Source of the DNA: a phage
Reading direction: 5' to 3' (one strand)
Sequence record: OZ335961.1
DNA: 64,000 nucleotides
Shown here: positions 22,297 to 33,513 of the stretch, one piece after another
How positions within the stretch are numbered: position 1 is the stretch's first letter
Layout of the letters: the number at the start of each line of letters is the position of its first letter
Position numbers and translations under genes: made by a program
Notes under the pieces: model-generated
Databases searched by the model: none
Told to the model about the DNA's origin: nothing
What the model saw: the letters and a program-made list of their open reading frames with translations, nothing else

Positions 22297-25200
22297 ATGG
22301 CCGAGATTAAAAGAAAGTTCAGAGCAGAAGATGGTCTGGACGCAGGTGGCGATAAAATAATCAACGTAGCTTTAGCTGATCGTACCGTAGGAACTGACGG
22401 TGTTAACGTTGATTACTTAATTCAAGAAAACACAGTTCAACAATATGATCCAACTCGTGGATATTTAAAAGATTTTGTAATCATTTATAATAATCGTTTT
22501 TGGGCAGCAACGGATAATATTCCAAAACCTGCTGGAAGTTTTAATAGAATTCGTTGGAAAGCATTACGTACTGATGCCGTATATACAACCGTATCATCTG
22601 GACCGTATCAATTAAAATCCGGAGAAGCAATTTCAGTAGATACATCAGTTGGTAATGACATTGAGTTTACTTTACCACCTTCTCCGCTCGATGGAGAAAC
22701 AGTAATAATTCAAGATATCGGTGGAAAACCTGGTATAAATCAGGTTAAAATAAGTTCTTCAAATCAGAGCATTGTTAATTTTAGAGGTGAACAAGTACGT
22801 TCAGTTTTAATGACTCATCCAAAGTCACAGATGATATTCATTTTTAATAATCGTTTGTGGCAAATGTATGTTGCTGATTATAGCAGAGAAGCTGCAATTG
22901 TTACTCCATCGACTGCGTATCAAGCACAATCTAATGATTTTATCGTGCGTAGATTTACTTCCGCAGCGCCGATTAATATTAAACTTCCGAAATTTGCTAA
23001 TCATGGCGATATTATTAATTTCGTTGATTTAGATAAATTAAATCCTCTTTATCATACAATTGTCACGACATATGATGAAACAACTTCAGTACAAGAAGTT
23101 GGAACTCATTCCATTGAAGGCCGTACATCGATTGACGGTTTCTTGATGTTTGATGATAATGAAAAATTATGGAGATTGTTTGACGGGGATAGTAAAGCGC
23201 GTTTACGTATCATAACGACTAATTCAAACATTCGTCCAAATGAAGAAGTTATGGTATTTGGTGCGAATAACGGAACAACCCAAACAATTGAGCTTCAGCT
23301 TCCAACTAATATTTCTGTTGGTGATACTGTTAAAATTTCCATGAATTACATGAGAAAAGGCCAAACAGTTAAAATCAAAGCTGCCGGTGAAGATAAAATT
23401 GCTTCTTCAGTTCAATTGTTGCAATTCCCAAAGCGTTCAGAGTATCCGCCTGAAGCTGAATGGGTGACTGTTCAAGAATTAGTTTTTAATGGTGAAACTA
23501 ATTATGTTCCAGTTTTACAGCTTGCTTATATTGAAGATTCTGACGGAAAATACTGGGTAGTACAACAAAACGTTCCAACAGTTGAAAGAGTTGATTCTTT
23601 AAATAATTCTACTAGAGCAAGATTAGGCGTAATTGCTTTAGCTACACAAGCCCAAGCTAACGTCGATTTAGAAAATTCTCCACAAAAAGAATTAGCAATT
23701 ACTCCAGAAACATTAGCTAACCGTACTGCTACAGAAACTCGTAGAGGTATCGCAAGAATAGCAACTACTGCTCAAGTAAATCAGAACACTACATTCTCTT
23801 TTGCTGATGACCTTATCATCACTCCTAAAAAGCTGAATGAAAGAACTGCTACAGAAACTCGCAGAGGTGTTGCTGAAATTGCTACGCAGCAGGAAACTAA
23901 TACAGGTACTGATGATACTACAATCATCACTCCTAAAAAGCTTCAAGCTCGTCAAGGTTCTGAAACATTATCGGGTATTGTAACTTTTGTATCTACCGCA
24001 GGAGCTACTCCAGCCTCTAGTCGTGAATTAAATGGTACAAATGTTTATAATAAAAATACTAATAATTTAGTTGTTTCGCCTAAAGCTTTGGATCAGTATA
24101 AAGCTACTCCAACACAACAAGGCGCAGTAATTTTAGCAGTTGAAAGTGAAGTAATTGCTGGACAGAGTCAAGAAGGATGGGCAAATGCGGTTGTAACGCC
24201 AGAAACGTTACATAAAAAAACATCAACTGATGGAAGAATTGGTTTAATTGAAATTGCTACGCAAAGCGAAGTTAATACAGGAACTGATTATACTCGCGCA
24301 GTCACTCCTAAAACTTTAAATGACCGTAGAGCAACTGAAAGTTTAAGTGGTATAGCTGAAATTGCTACACAAGTTGAATTCGACGCAGGCGTCGACGATA
24401 CTCGTATCTCTACACCATTAAAAATTAAAACTAGATTTGATAGTACTGATCGTACTTCTGTTGTTGCTCTGTCTGGATTAGTTGAATCAGGAACTCTCTG
24501 GGACCATTATACCCTTAATATTCTTGAAGCAAATGAGACACAACGTGGTACACTTCGTGTGGCTACACAAGTTGAAGCTGCTGCAGGAACATTAGATAAT
24601 GTTTTGATAACTCCTAAAAAGCTTTTAGGTACTAAATCTACTGAAGCGCAAGAAGGCGTTATTAAAGTTGCAACTCAAGTTGAAACTGTTACTGGAACGT
24701 CAGCAAATACTGCTGTATCTCCAAAAAATTTAAAATGGATTGTGCAAAGTGAACCTACTTGGGCAGCAACTACTTTGGTAAGAGGTTTTGTTAAAACTTC
24801 ATCTGGTTCAATTACATTCGTTGGTAATGATACAGTTGGTTCAACACAGTCATTAGACTTGTACGAGAAAAATAGCTATGCAGTATCGCCATATGAATTA
24901 AACCGTGTATTAGCAAATTATTTGCCGTTAAAAGCAAAAGCTGTAGATAGTAATTTATTGGATGGTCTAGATTCATCTCAGTTCATTCGTAGGGATATTG
25001 CGCAGACGGTTAATGGTTCACTAACCTTAACACAACAAACGAATCTGAGTGCCCCTCTTGTATCGTCTAGTACTGCTACGTTTGGTGGATCAGTTTCGGC
25101 AAATAGTACATTAACTATTTCTAATACTGGAACGGCAACTCGTCTGATTTTTGAGAAAGGACCTCAAACTGGGACGAACCCAGCTCAAACGATGACAGTC

Positions 25201-26166
25201 AGAGTGTGGGGAAATCAATTCAGCGGTGAATCGGACACAACACGTTCTACCGTATTTGAAGTTAGTGATGAAACGTCTAGTCATTTTTATTCTCAGCGTA
25301 ATAAAGCTGGTAATATAACATTTAATATCAATGGTACAGTAACGCCGATAAATGTTAATGCTTCAGGAACATTGAATGCGAATGGCGTAGCAACATTCGG
25401 CAGTTCGGTTACTGCTAATGGCGAATTTATCAGTAAATCATCGAATGCTTTTAGAGCAATAAACGGTGATTATGGATTCTTTATTCGTAATGATGGTGCT
25501 AACACCTATTTTATGCTTACTGCATCTGGTGATCAGACCGGTGGATTTAATGGATTACGTCCTTTAACTATTAATAATGCATCTGGTCAAGTAACGATTG
25601 GTGAAAGTTTAATCATTGCCAAAGGTGCTACTATAAGTTCAGGCGGTTTAACTGTTAACTCGAGAATTCGTTCTCAGGGTACTAAAACCTCTGATTTATA
25701 TACCCGTGCGCCAACATCTGATACTGTAGGATTCTGGTCAATCGATATTAATGATTCAGCCACTTATAACCAGTTCCCGGGTTATTTTAAGATGGTTGAA
25801 AAAACTAATGAAGTGACTGGGCTTCCATACTTAGAACGTGGTGAAGAAGTTAAATCTCCTGGTACATTGACCCAGTTTGGTAACACACTTGATTCGCTTT
25901 ACCAAGATTGGATTACTTATCCAACGACTCCAGAAGCACGTACCACTCGCTGGACACGTACATGGCAGAAAACCAAAAACTCTTGGTCAAGTTTTGTTCA
26001 GGTATTTGACGGAGGTAACCCTCCTCAACCTTCAGATATAGGAGCGATCCCATCTGATAACGGAATAATAGGTAATCTTACTATTCGCGATTTCTTACGA
26101 ATTGGTAATGTTCGCATTATTCCTGACCCAGTGAATAAAACTGTTAAATTTGAGTGGATTGAATAA
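22297..26166 (+). CDS. 34: long tail fibre proximal subunit gp34
   Basis: 1289 aa, same length as T4 gp34; internal repeated modules; late promoter TATAAATA upstream. Confidence 0.95.
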   Translation: MAEIKRKFRAEDGLDAGGDKIINVALADRTVGTDGVNVDYLIQENTVQQYDPTRGYLKDFVIIYNNRFWAATDNIPKPAGSFNRIRWKALRTDAVYTTVSSGPYQLKSGEAISVDTSVGNDIEFTLPPSPLDGETVIIQDIGGKPGINQVKISSSNQSIVNFRGEQVRSVLMTHPKSQMIFIFNNRLWQMYVADYSREAAIVTPSTAYQAQSNDFIVRRFTSAAPINIKLPKFANHGDIINFVDLDKLNPLYHTIVTTYDETTSVQEVGTHSIEGRTSIDGFLMFDDNEKLWRLFDGDSKARLRIITTNSNIRPNEEVMVFGANNGTTQTIELQLPTNISVGDTVKISMNYMRKGQTVKIKAAGEDKIASSVQLLQFPKRSEYPPEAEWVTVQELVFNGETNYVPVLQLAYIEDSDGKYWVVQQNVPTVERVDSLNNSTRARLGVIALATQAQANVDLENSPQKELAITPETLANRTATETRRGIARIATTAQVNQNTTFSFADDLIITPKKLNERTATETRRGVAEIATQQETNTGTDDTTIITPKKLQARQGSETLSGIVTFVSTAGATPASSRELNGTNVYNKNTNNLVVSPKALDQYKATPTQQGAVILAVESEVIAGQSQEGWANAVVTPETLHKKTSTDGRIGLIEIATQSEVNTGTDYTRAVTPKTLNDRRATESLSGIAEIATQVEFDAGVDDTRISTPLKIKTRFDSTDRTSVVALSGLVESGTLWDHYTLNILEANETQRGTLRVATQVEAAAGTLDNVLITPKKLLGTKSTEAQEGVIKVATQVETVTGTSANTAVSPKNLKWIVQSEPTWAATTLVRGFVKTSSGSITFVGNDTVGSTQSLDLYEKNSYAVSPYELNRVLANYLPLKAKAVDSNLLDGLDSSQFIRRDIAQTVNGSLTLTQQTNLSAPLVSSSTATFGGSVSANSTLTISNTGTATRLIFEKGPQTGTNPAQTMTVRVWGNQFSGESDTTRSTVFEVSDETSSHFYSQRNKAGNITFNINGTVTPINVNASGTLNANGVATFGSSVTANGEFISKSSNAFRAINGDYGFFIRNDGANTYFMLTASGDQTGGFNGLRPLTINNASGQVTIGESLIIAKGATISSGGLTVNSRIRSQGTKTSDLYTRAPTSDTVGFWSIDINDSATYNQFPGYFKMVEKTNEVTGLPYLERGEEVKSPGTLTQFGNTLDSLYQDWITYPTTPEARTTRWTRTWQKTKNSWSSFVQVFDGGNPPQPSDIGAIPSDNGIIGNLTIRDFLRIGNVRIIPDPVNKTVKFEWIE

Positions 26167-26174
26167 GAGGTATT

Positions 26175-27290
26175 ATGGAAAAATTTATGGCAGAGTTTGG
26201 ACAAGGATATGTCCAAACGCCATTTTTATCGGAAAGTAATTCAGTAAGATACAAAATAAGTATAGCGGGTTCTTGCCCGCTTTCCACAGCAGGACCGTAT
26301 GTTAAATTTCAAGATAACCCAGTTGGAAATCAAACATTTAGTGCAGGTCTTCATTTAAGAGTTTTTGATCCTTCTACGGGAGCATTAGTTGATAGTAAGT
26401 CATATGCTTTTTCTACTTCAAATAATACTACATCAGCTGCTTTTGTTAGTTTCATGAATTCTTTGTCAAACAATAGACTTGCTGCTATATTGACTAGCGG
26501 AAAGGTTAATTTTCCTCCTGAAGTGGTATCTTGGCTAAGGAAAGCAGGAACTTCAGTTTTTCCATCAGATTCAGTATTGTCAAGATTTGACGTATCATAT
26601 GCTGCTTTTTACACTTCTTCTAAAAGAGCTATTGCATTAGAACATGTTAAACTAAGTAATAGAAAAAGCACAGATGATTATCAAACTATTTTAGATGTTG
26701 TATTTGACAGCTTAGAAGATGTTGGGGCGACAGGATTTCCTAAAAGAACATATGAAAGTGTCGAGCAATTTATGTCAGCGGTTGGTGGAACTAATAACGA
26801 AATTGCGCGATTGCCAACTTCAGCTGCTATAAGTAAACTTTCTGACTATAATTTAATTCCTGGTGATGTTCTTTATCTTAAAGCACAGTTATATGCTGAT
26901 GCTGATTTACTTGATCTTGGAACTACAAATATATCCATTCGTTTTTATGATGCATCAAATGGATATATTTCTTCGACACAGGCTGAGTTTACTGGACAAG
27001 CTGGATCTTGGGAATTAAAGGAAGATTATGTAGTTGTTCCTGAAAATGCAGTCGGATTTACGATATATGCACAGAGAACTGCTCAAGCTGGTCAAGGCGG
27101 CATGAGGAATTTAAGTTTTTCTGAAGTGTCAAGAAATGGCGGCATTTCAAAACCTGCCGAATTTGGCGTCAATGGTATTCGCGTTAATTATGTCTGTGAA
27201 TCGGCTTCACCTCCAGATATAATGGTACTTCCTACACAAGCATCGTCTAAAACTGGCAAAGTATTTGGGCAAGAATTTAGAGAAGTTTAA
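26175..27290 (+). CDS. 35: long tail fibre hinge protein gp35
   Basis: 371 aa; MEKFMAE... as recalled for T4 gp35; SD-ATG immediately after gene 34. Confidence 0.85.
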   Translation: MEKFMAEFGQGYVQTPFLSESNSVRYKISIAGSCPLSTAGPYVKFQDNPVGNQTFSAGLHLRVFDPSTGALVDSKSYAFSTSNNTTSAAFVSFMNSLSNNRLAAILTSGKVNFPPEVVSWLRKAGTSVFPSDSVLSRFDVSYAAFYTSSKRAIALEHVKLSNRKSTDDYQTILDVVFDSLEDVGATGFPKRTYESVEQFMSAVGGTNNEIARLPTSAAISKLSDYNLIPGDVLYLKAQLYADADLLDLGTTNISIRFYDASNGYISSTQAEFTGQAGSWELKEDYVVVPENAVGFTIYAQRTAQAGQGGMRNLSFSEVSRNGGISKPAEFGVNGIRVNYVCESASPPDIMVLPTQASSKTGKVFGQEFREV

Positions 27291-27293
27291 ACT

Positions 27294-27321
27294 GAGGGAG
27301 CCTTCGGGTTCCCTTTTTCTT
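27294..27321 (+). terminator. rho-independent terminator after gene 35
   Basis: gggagcc-ttcg-ggttccc hairpin followed by tttttcttt. Confidence 0.55.
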
Positions 27322-27329
27322 TATAAATA
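27322..27329 (+). promoter_or_regulatory. T4 late promoter TATAAATA for gene 36
   Basis: Exact TATAAATA ~25 nt upstream of the gene 36 ATG, just after the gene 35 terminator. Confidence 0.6.
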
Positions 27330-27352
27330 ATATTAAAATAAAGGGGCATATA

Positions 27353-28003
27353 ATGGCTGATTTAAAAGTAGGTTCAACTGTGGGTGGATCTGTCATTTGG
27401 CATCAAGGAAATTTTCCATTGAATTCAGCCGGTGACGATGTACTCTACAAATCATTTAAAATATATTCAGAATATAATAAACCGCAGGCAGCTGATAACG
27501 ATTTCGTTTCTAAAGCTAATGGTGGTACTTACACCGGTCCAGTTACTATTAATTATGGTGTAAATAGTTATCTTCAATTAAGTAATAATGAAACCCCCAT
27601 TCGAATTCGTTCTGGTGGCGGTACCGGTAATACTCTTGTAGTTGGCGGCTCTTCTGGCGGTATTAGTTTTAGACCTGCAGGTAGTGAAATCACAACTGGA
27701 CAAATTACTATTACGCCAGAAGGTTTGACAACATTTACTAGGGCTGTAACGGCTCCATCTGTAACTGTTACATCTACTCCTTCCGCAGCATCTGATGTTA
27801 CTCGTAAAGATTATGTTGATGGAGCAATAAATACTGTTACAGCAAATGCAAACTCTAGAGTGTTACGATCTGGTGACACCATGACAGGTAATTTAACAGC
27901 GCCAAACTTTTTCTCGCAGAATCCTGCATCTCAACCTTCACACGTTCCACGATTTGATCAAATTGTTATTAAAGATTCTGTTCAAGATTTCGGCTATTAT
28001 TAA
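27353..28003 (+). CDS. 36: long tail fibre distal connector gp36
   Basis: 216 aa; own late promoter TATAAATA at ~27322; precedes gene 37. Confidence 0.85.
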   Translation: MADLKVGSTVGGSVIWHQGNFPLNSAGDDVLYKSFKIYSEYNKPQAADNDFVSKANGGTYTGPVTINYGVNSYLQLSNNETPIRIRSGGGTGNTLVVGGSSGGISFRPAGSEITTGQITITPEGLTTFTRAVTAPSVTVTSTPSAASDVTRKDYVDGAINTVTANANSRVLRSGDTMTGNLTAPNFFSQNPASQPSHVPRFDQIVIKDSVQDFGYY

Positions 28004-28011
28004 GAGGACTT

Positions 28012-30978
28012 ATGGCTACTTTAAAACAAATACAATTTAAAAGAAGCAAAACTGCAGGTCAACTTCCTGCTGCTTCAGTATTAGCCGAAGGTGAATTGGC
28101 TATTAATTTAAAAGATAAAACAATTTTCACAAAAGATGACTCAGGCAATGTTATAGAATTAGGTTTAAAATATGGAGGAACAATTGATGGTTCTTTAACT
28201 GTTAATGGAAATATAATTGGAAATTTAACAGGTAACGCTGCAACTGCAACGAAATTAAAAACAGCACGAAAAATTAATGGTATATCCTTTGATGGGTCAA
28301 AAGATATCACGCTAACTCCATCTGACATAAATGTCAATAGCACAACGTTTATAAAAAATAACGGCGAATTACCGGTTGATGCTAATTTAGATACGTATGG
28401 GCCTGTTGAAGAATATCTTGGAGTTTGGTCGAAAGCAACTTCAACCAACGCTCAACCAGCAAATAAATTTCCAGAAGAAAATGCTGTAGGTGTGCTAGAA
28501 GTATTTGTGGCCGGTCAATTTGCTGGTACTCAGCGTTATACAACTAGATACGGAAATGTTTATATTCGTTCCTTGACTGCTACATGGAACGGAGTAAACG
28601 GTCCGTGGAGTGTGTGGCGAAATATTCAATCCGGTACTCGTCCACTGTCAACAACAATTGATCTTAATGATTTAGGAGGAGCTGAACACCTTGGTTTGTG
28701 GCGAAATAGTTCAAATTCCATTGCTACATTTGACAGAAATTTCCCAGAAGAGGGGTCGTCAGCTCAAGGTCTTTTGGAAGTATATGAAGGTGGAAACTAT
28801 TCTCGTACACAAAGATATACAACCAGATTTGGTGTTGTTTATACTCGTTGTCTTGCTGCCGCGTGGGATTCTACTGCGCCTAAATGGGGACCGTGGCAAC
28901 AAGTCGGTAATGTCACACCAGCGACTTTTTATGATGGAGATCTGAATGATTTTAAAACTCCTGGGTTATATAATATTTTAGGCACTGATGCCGTTATTAA
29001 TTGTCCTACAGGCGAAGGTTTACCAGCCGTTATTGTTGGTTTGCTGGAAGTTAAACAGCGTGCTTCTGGTGGTGCTATTTTCCAAAAATTTACTACTGCC
29101 GGAACAGGTGCAACTACCCGCGATCGTATTTTTGAGCGCGCATATACCGGCGGTGTGTGGGGTGAATGGAACGAAGTATACACATCTTATTCTCTACCAA
29201 TTACTTTGGGTATGGGCGGTATTAAATCTAACTTAGCAGAGTTAGACTGGCAAGCATTTGATTTTGTTCCTGGTAGTATGTTTAGCGTTCCTTTGAACAA
29301 AATAAAGAACATGCCAGCTAATATGGATTGGGGTACGATTAACGGAAACTTAATTATGTTTTCTGTTGGTCCTAGCGAGCACACCAGCACAGGACGTACT
29401 GTTCAAGTTTGGCGTGGAACTGTATCCCAGACAAACTATCGTTATTTTGTCGTTCGTGTATTCGGTAATCCAGGGAGTAGAACATGTACAGTTCGACGCG
29501 TTGTTCTTGAAGACGGATCACATACTTGGACTGCTAAACAAGATTTTAATGGCGCAGTTAACTTTAACTCTACTGTTAACCTTAATAACACTACCACATT
29601 TAAAACAGAAGTTAAATTCCGCTCGTTGAATGCATTCCGTATGTATGGCGGAAAATTTGGTACATTTTTACGTAATGATGGAGAGAGTCTTTATATTCTT
29701 TCCACCGACGAAGATGATCAAGATGGAAACTTTAATACAAATAGACCTTTCCGTTATGAATTAAGAACTGGTGATGTTACTTTAGGTGGTACTAGTGGTG
29801 CTAACGTTTTAAAATTAAAACGTGATTCTCTCACCGCATTTTTTGGTGGTGATATTAACATGAAAGGCTTGCTGACTTTTGACGCCGGACGTTTAGGATC
29901 ACGAGATTATTTTAAATTTAACCATTGGGGTGATAGTAATAATGCGCGTGATAACATTATTCAGTTAGAAGACAGCAAAGGCGCTCATTTTTCCACTGAA
30001 CGTACTTTAGCGACTGGTGCAATTAAGACTAAATTTTTTGGTGAAATTGAATCCGATGGTAAATTGGTTATTAAACGTCCGGGTGATTCTATTGTATTAT
30101 CAACAACTGCTAGTAATTCTTTGCATATTCGTGGTGACATAGACGGGACTGGTAACTGGTATATTGGTAAGGGTGGTGCTGATAATGGATTAGCGTTATA
30201 TAGTTATGCTACTAATGCTGGTGTATACATTACAAACGCAGGAGATATCACGCTAAGTCCAAAAGGCGTCGAAATGGCCCATGTCAATAACGTTCGATTA
30301 TATGTTCACGGTGAACGTTGGACTGCTAGTCAACCAGGTGATTGGGGTAGTCAGTGGCAAGTGGAAGCGCCAATATTCGTCGATCATGGTTATGTTTCAC
30401 AGGATTGTTATTATCCAATTATTAAAGGAAGAAGTGTAATCACCAATCAAGGGTTTGTAACTGCCGTCGATCTTGGTATTCGTCGTGTCAATAACAATTG
30501 GGGACAAGCAATTATTCGTGTTGGATCTGCGGAGGCATCGCCAGCGGCTGGACACCCTAACGCGGTATTTGAATTTCATTACGACGGTACTTTCTATTCT
30601 CCTGGTAATGGTAACTTTAACGATGTGTATATTCGTTCCGATGGTCGTCTTAAGATTAATAAAAAAGAGCTAGAAAACGGAGCACTTGAAAAAGTATGCC
30701 GACTGAAAGTTTATACATACGATAAGGTTAAGTCTATTAAAGATCGTAGTGTTATTAAACGTGAAGTTGGTATTATTGCTCAGGATCTTGAAAAAGAATT
30801 ACCAGAAGCTGTGTCTAAAGTTGAAGTTGATGGATCTGATGTTCTGACAATTTCTAACTCCGCTGTGAATGCTCTTTTAATTAAGGCTATCCAAGAAATG
30901 AGCGAAGAAATTAAAGAATTAAAAACGCCTTTCTTCACTAAAATTGCTCGCAAAATTAGTAATTATTTTAAATTCTAA
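28012..30978 (+). CDS. 37: long tail fibre distal subunit gp37 with C-terminal intramolecular chaperone-like domain
   Basis: 988 aa; N-terminus similar to gp36/gp34 junction motifs; C-terminal ~113 aa starts at an SDGRLK-type motif. Confidence 0.9.
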   Translation: MATLKQIQFKRSKTAGQLPAASVLAEGELAINLKDKTIFTKDDSGNVIELGLKYGGTIDGSLTVNGNIIGNLTGNAATATKLKTARKINGISFDGSKDITLTPSDINVNSTTFIKNNGELPVDANLDTYGPVEEYLGVWSKATSTNAQPANKFPEENAVGVLEVFVAGQFAGTQRYTTRYGNVYIRSLTATWNGVNGPWSVWRNIQSGTRPLSTTIDLNDLGGAEHLGLWRNSSNSIATFDRNFPEEGSSAQGLLEVYEGGNYSRTQRYTTRFGVVYTRCLAAAWDSTAPKWGPWQQVGNVTPATFYDGDLNDFKTPGLYNILGTDAVINCPTGEGLPAVIVGLLEVKQRASGGAIFQKFTTAGTGATTRDRIFERAYTGGVWGEWNEVYTSYSLPITLGMGGIKSNLAELDWQAFDFVPGSMFSVPLNKIKNMPANMDWGTINGNLIMFSVGPSEHTSTGRTVQVWRGTVSQTNYRYFVVRVFGNPGSRTCTVRRVVLEDGSHTWTAKQDFNGAVNFNSTVNLNNTTTFKTEVKFRSLNAFRMYGGKFGTFLRNDGESLYILSTDEDDQDGNFNTNRPFRYELRTGDVTLGGTSGANVLKLKRDSLTAFFGGDINMKGLLTFDAGRLGSRDYFKFNHWGDSNNARDNIIQLEDSKGAHFSTERTLATGAIKTKFFGEIESDGKLVIKRPGDSIVLSTTASNSLHIRGDIDGTGNWYIGKGGADNGLALYSYATNAGVYITNAGDITLSPKGVEMAHVNNVRLYVHGERWTASQPGDWGSQWQVEAPIFVDHGYVSQDCYYPIIKGRSVITNQGFVTAVDLGIRRVNNNWGQAIIRVGSAEASPAAGHPNAVFEFHYDGTFYSPGNGNFNDVYIRSDGRLKINKKELENGALEKVCRLKVYTYDKVKSIKDRSVIKREVGIIAQDLEKELPEAVSKVEVDGSDVLTISNSAVNALLIKAIQEMSEEIKELKTPFFTKIARKISNYFKF

Positions 30979-31010
30979 CAACAAGGGGCTTTGCCCCTTT
31001 GGAGAAAATT

Positions 31011-31811
31011 ATGGCAGTAGTTGGTGTTCCCGGTTGGATTGGAAGTTCATCTGTAAATGAAACAGGACAACGATGGATGAGTCAAGCGGCTGGTCAATTA
31101 AGATTGGGTGTTCCTTGCTGGATGAGCCAATTCGCCGGACGCTCAAGAGAGATTATTCATACCGTAACAGCAAACCATAACTTTAATGGTCAATGGTTCC
31201 GCGACCGTTGCTTTGAAGCTGGCGGTGCACCCATTGTATTCAATATTGTTGGTGATATCGTTTCTTATTCTAAAGATGTGCCACTTTTCTTTATGTATGG
31301 GGATACGCCTAATGAATATGTTGTTCTTAATATTCATGGTGGTGTTCATATGTGGGGTCGTGGTGGTAATGGTGGATACACTCACTCAGGAGGCGACGGT
31401 AACGGTACACAAGGCGGTCATGTTATTCAAAATGATATCGGTGGACGGCTTCGTATTTGGAACTACGGTGTTATAGCTGCTGGGGGTGGCGGCGGTGGTG
31501 GTATTGCATATCGTCCACACTCAGGGGCAAACTGGCAAGATATCGGCGGTGGTGGTGGTCGACCTTTCGGTGGCGCTGGCGGCGGCGGTTATTCCGGTGG
31601 TGCTGCTTCGTATGAAGGTCCGGGTGGTGGTTATGACTATGGTAACGCACACTCCGGCGCAGGCGGTAATGCTGGTGCTGCTGGTCAGAATGCATGGTAT
31701 GACGGCGGTAAAGTTCTTAAAGTTGGTGTTGGTGGTGCGTCTGGTCATGCAGTGTTTGGGTCTTCTCCAACTTGGGGTGCTGTTGGAACAATTTACGGAC
31801 CAAGAGTATAA
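31011..31811 (+). CDS. 38: gp38 tail-fibre adhesin (T2-type, glycine-rich motifs)
   Basis: ~266 aa from ATG with GGAG SD; multiple poly-Gly tracts (GGGGGGG, GGGGG) separating short variable segments. Confidence 0.8.
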   Translation: MAVVGVPGWIGSSSVNETGQRWMSQAAGQLRLGVPCWMSQFAGRSREIIHTVTANHNFNGQWFRDRCFEAGGAPIVFNIVGDIVSYSKDVPLFFMYGDTPNEYVVLNIHGGVHMWGRGGNGGYTHSGGDGNGTQGGHVIQNDIGGRLRIWNYGVIAAGGGGGGGIAYRPHSGANWQDIGGGGGRPFGGAGGGGYSGGAASYEGPGGGYDYGNAHSGAGGNAGAAGQNAWYDGGKVLKVGVGGASGHAVFGSSPTWGAVGTIYGPRV

Positions 31812-31841
31812 TTTGAATAAATATCTTTAAAAGGAGGGTCT

Positions 31842-32498
31842 ATGGCAGCACCTAGAATATCATTTTCGCCCTCTGGTATTCTGTTTGGTGTTCTGGATCG
31901 CTTGTTCAAAGATAACGCTACCGGGAAGGTTCTTGCTTCCCGAGTAGCTGTCGTAATTCTTTTATTTATGATGGCGATTGTTTGGTATAGGGGAGATAGT
32001 TTCTTTGAGTACTATAAGCAATCAAAGTATGAAACATACAGTGAAATTATTGAAAAGGAAAGAAACGCACGCTTTGAATCTGTCGCCCTGGAACAACTCC
32101 AGATAGTTCATATATCATCTGAGGCAGACTTTAGTGTGGTGTATTCTTTCCGCCCTAAAAACTTAAACTATTTTGTTGATATTATAGCATACGAAGGAAA
32201 ACTACCTTCAACAATAAGTGAAAAATCACTTGGAGGATATCCTGTTGATAAAACTATGGATGAATATGCAGTTCATTTAAATGGACGTCATTATTATTCC
32301 AACTCAAAATTTGCTTTTTTACCAACCAAAAAGCCTACTCCCGAAATAAATTACATGTACAGTTGTCCATATTTTAATTTGGATAACATCTATGCTGGAA
32401 CAATAACCATGTACTGGTATAGAAATGATCATATAAGTAATGACCGCCTTGAATCAATATGTGCTCAGGCGGCCAGAATATTAGGAAGGGCTAAATAA
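31842..32498 (+). CDS. t: holin t
   Basis: 218 aa, same length as T4 holin T; single N-proximal TM segment with large C-terminal domain; follows gene 38. Confidence 0.8.
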   Translation: MAAPRISFSPSGILFGVLDRLFKDNATGKVLASRVAVVILLFMMAIVWYRGDSFFEYYKQSKYETYSEIIEKERNARFESVALEQLQIVHISSEADFSVVYSFRPKNLNYFVDIIAYEGKLPSTISEKSLGGYPVDKTMDEYAVHLNGRHYYSNSKFAFLPTKKPTPEINYMYSCPYFNLDNIYAGTITMYWYRNDHISNDRLESICAQAARILGRAK

Positions 32499-32771
32499 TT
32501 ATTTGTTCGTATACATCTCTAGATATCGATATACACCCTCAAAACCCTCGTTGAATTCGTCGATGAGGGTTTTCTTATCTTCTTGAGTTAATTCAGAAAC
32601 AATTTTACGGAATGAATTCTGATTCAACTTTCTACCTTCATGCGTTACTCCAATCTCATTCAGAAATGCAATAAAATTAGCGCGATTCTCAACAATATCT
32701 TCTCTGGAAAATTTAATCAAAATAGACGCAACAGTAATAATTTCACGAACTGTATCAATATTTTTATTCAT
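32499..32771 (-). CDS. asiA: anti-sigma-70 factor AsiA
   Basis: 90 aa MNKNIDTVREIITVASILIKF... matches recalled AsiA; convergent with t. Confidence 0.85.
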   Translation of the reverse strand: MNKNIDTVREIITVASILIKFSREDIVENRANFIAFLNEIGVTHEGRKLNQNSFRKIVSELTQEDKKTLIDEFNEGFEGVYRYLEMYTNK

Positions 32772-32801
32772 TAACTATACCACTCAATTAGTTGACTTTA
32801 C

Positions 32802-32832
32802 TATAATATCATCAGACGCTTGATTTGTAAAC
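32802..32832 (-). promoter_or_regulatory. T4-type early promoter upstream of asiA
   Basis: GTTTAC -35, TATTAT -10, ~25 nt before the asiA ATG. Confidence 0.5.
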
Positions 32833-32932
32833 TGGTCTGTGTTATTTTCTTCAAAAATTTTTTCTACGAATTCCTTGAACGACTCACGTTCCTGAGCTAC
32901 ATTATGCTCGATTACCTTTTCAAGATTATGAC

Positions 32933-33211
32933 TCATTCAAAATAATCTTCAATTTCATAATCATGGACATAAACCATTATAGTTTTTAATACATCATCAA
33001 TACTTTTTCCTGGAGCTGGAATTACGTAAAAATATCCTGCTTTTGAGAGGTCTTTATAAGTTCCAACTAAGAAATCATTATTCTCAAGATGTAGTTCTTC
33101 AACTAATTCATTAACAATTGAGTGGTATAAATTTGGTAGAAACTTATATAGCTTTTCTAGAATATCAATTTTGATTGTGTATTGAACCACAGACTGAGAA
33201 TCAATAATCAT
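32933..33211 (-). CDS. arn: probable Arn (anti-restriction, McrBC inhibitor)
   Basis: 92 aa acidic protein in the asiA-motA interval; size and position as T4 Arn. Confidence 0.5.
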   Translation of the reverse strand: MIIDSQSVVQYTIKIDILEKLYKFLPNLYHSIVNELVEELHLENNDFLVGTYKDLSKAGYFYVIPAPGKSIDDVLKTIMVYVHDYEIEDYFE

Positions 33212-33294
33212 AGACCTTCCCCTTATGTTTCTGTTTGCGATTAGATTCTTTAAACGCTTTCTTCTTATCCTTATGGACAGAAGCTTTATTAAAA

Positions 33295-33513
33295 TTATGT
33301 TTTGCGACTAAATTGTTCATAGTGCTGAATTACCTCTCTCAAACATTTGCATGTGAATGAAAACTTTTTAGCTACACCACATTCAAATATATGTTCTCTT
33401 AAATCACGTGTATCAGTATATCCCATCTCAACGATAAAATGTCTTATTAAATTTTTATCTTTATCATTAAGAGAATTAAAATAATCGGATTTTGAATTAA
33501 TTTCCCTGGCCAA
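33295..33513 (-). CDS. hypothetical protein (72 aa)
   Basis: ORF track; arn-motA interval. Confidence 0.45.
   Translation of the reverse strand: MAREINSKSDYFNSLNDKDKNLIRHFIVEMGYTDTRDLREHIFECGVAKKFSFTCKCLREVIQHYEQFSRKT

Noticed and set aside
23713-23955. 80-aa antisense ORF inside gene 34
   Set aside because: Lies entirely within, and opposite to, a 1289-aa structural gene; Ser/Cys-rich low-complexity translation typical of a chance ORF
28059-29629. Several 67-129-aa ORFs on both strands inside gene 37
   Set aside because: All are embedded in the 988-aa tail fibre gene, with no SD or promoter context
31471-31830. His-rich, Thr-rich and Val/Leu-rich ORFs overlapping gp38 on both strands
   Set aside because: They are alternative-frame or antisense readings of the GGT-rich glycine-repeat DNA of gene 38
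31812-31841. Late promoter upstream of holin t
   Set aside because: Only AATAAATA (one mismatch to TATAAATA) is present; t may be co-transcribed with gene 38
32772-32932. ~48-aa minus-strand ORF between asiA and arn
   Set aside because: The interval is better explained by the asiA early promoter, which lies inside this ORF
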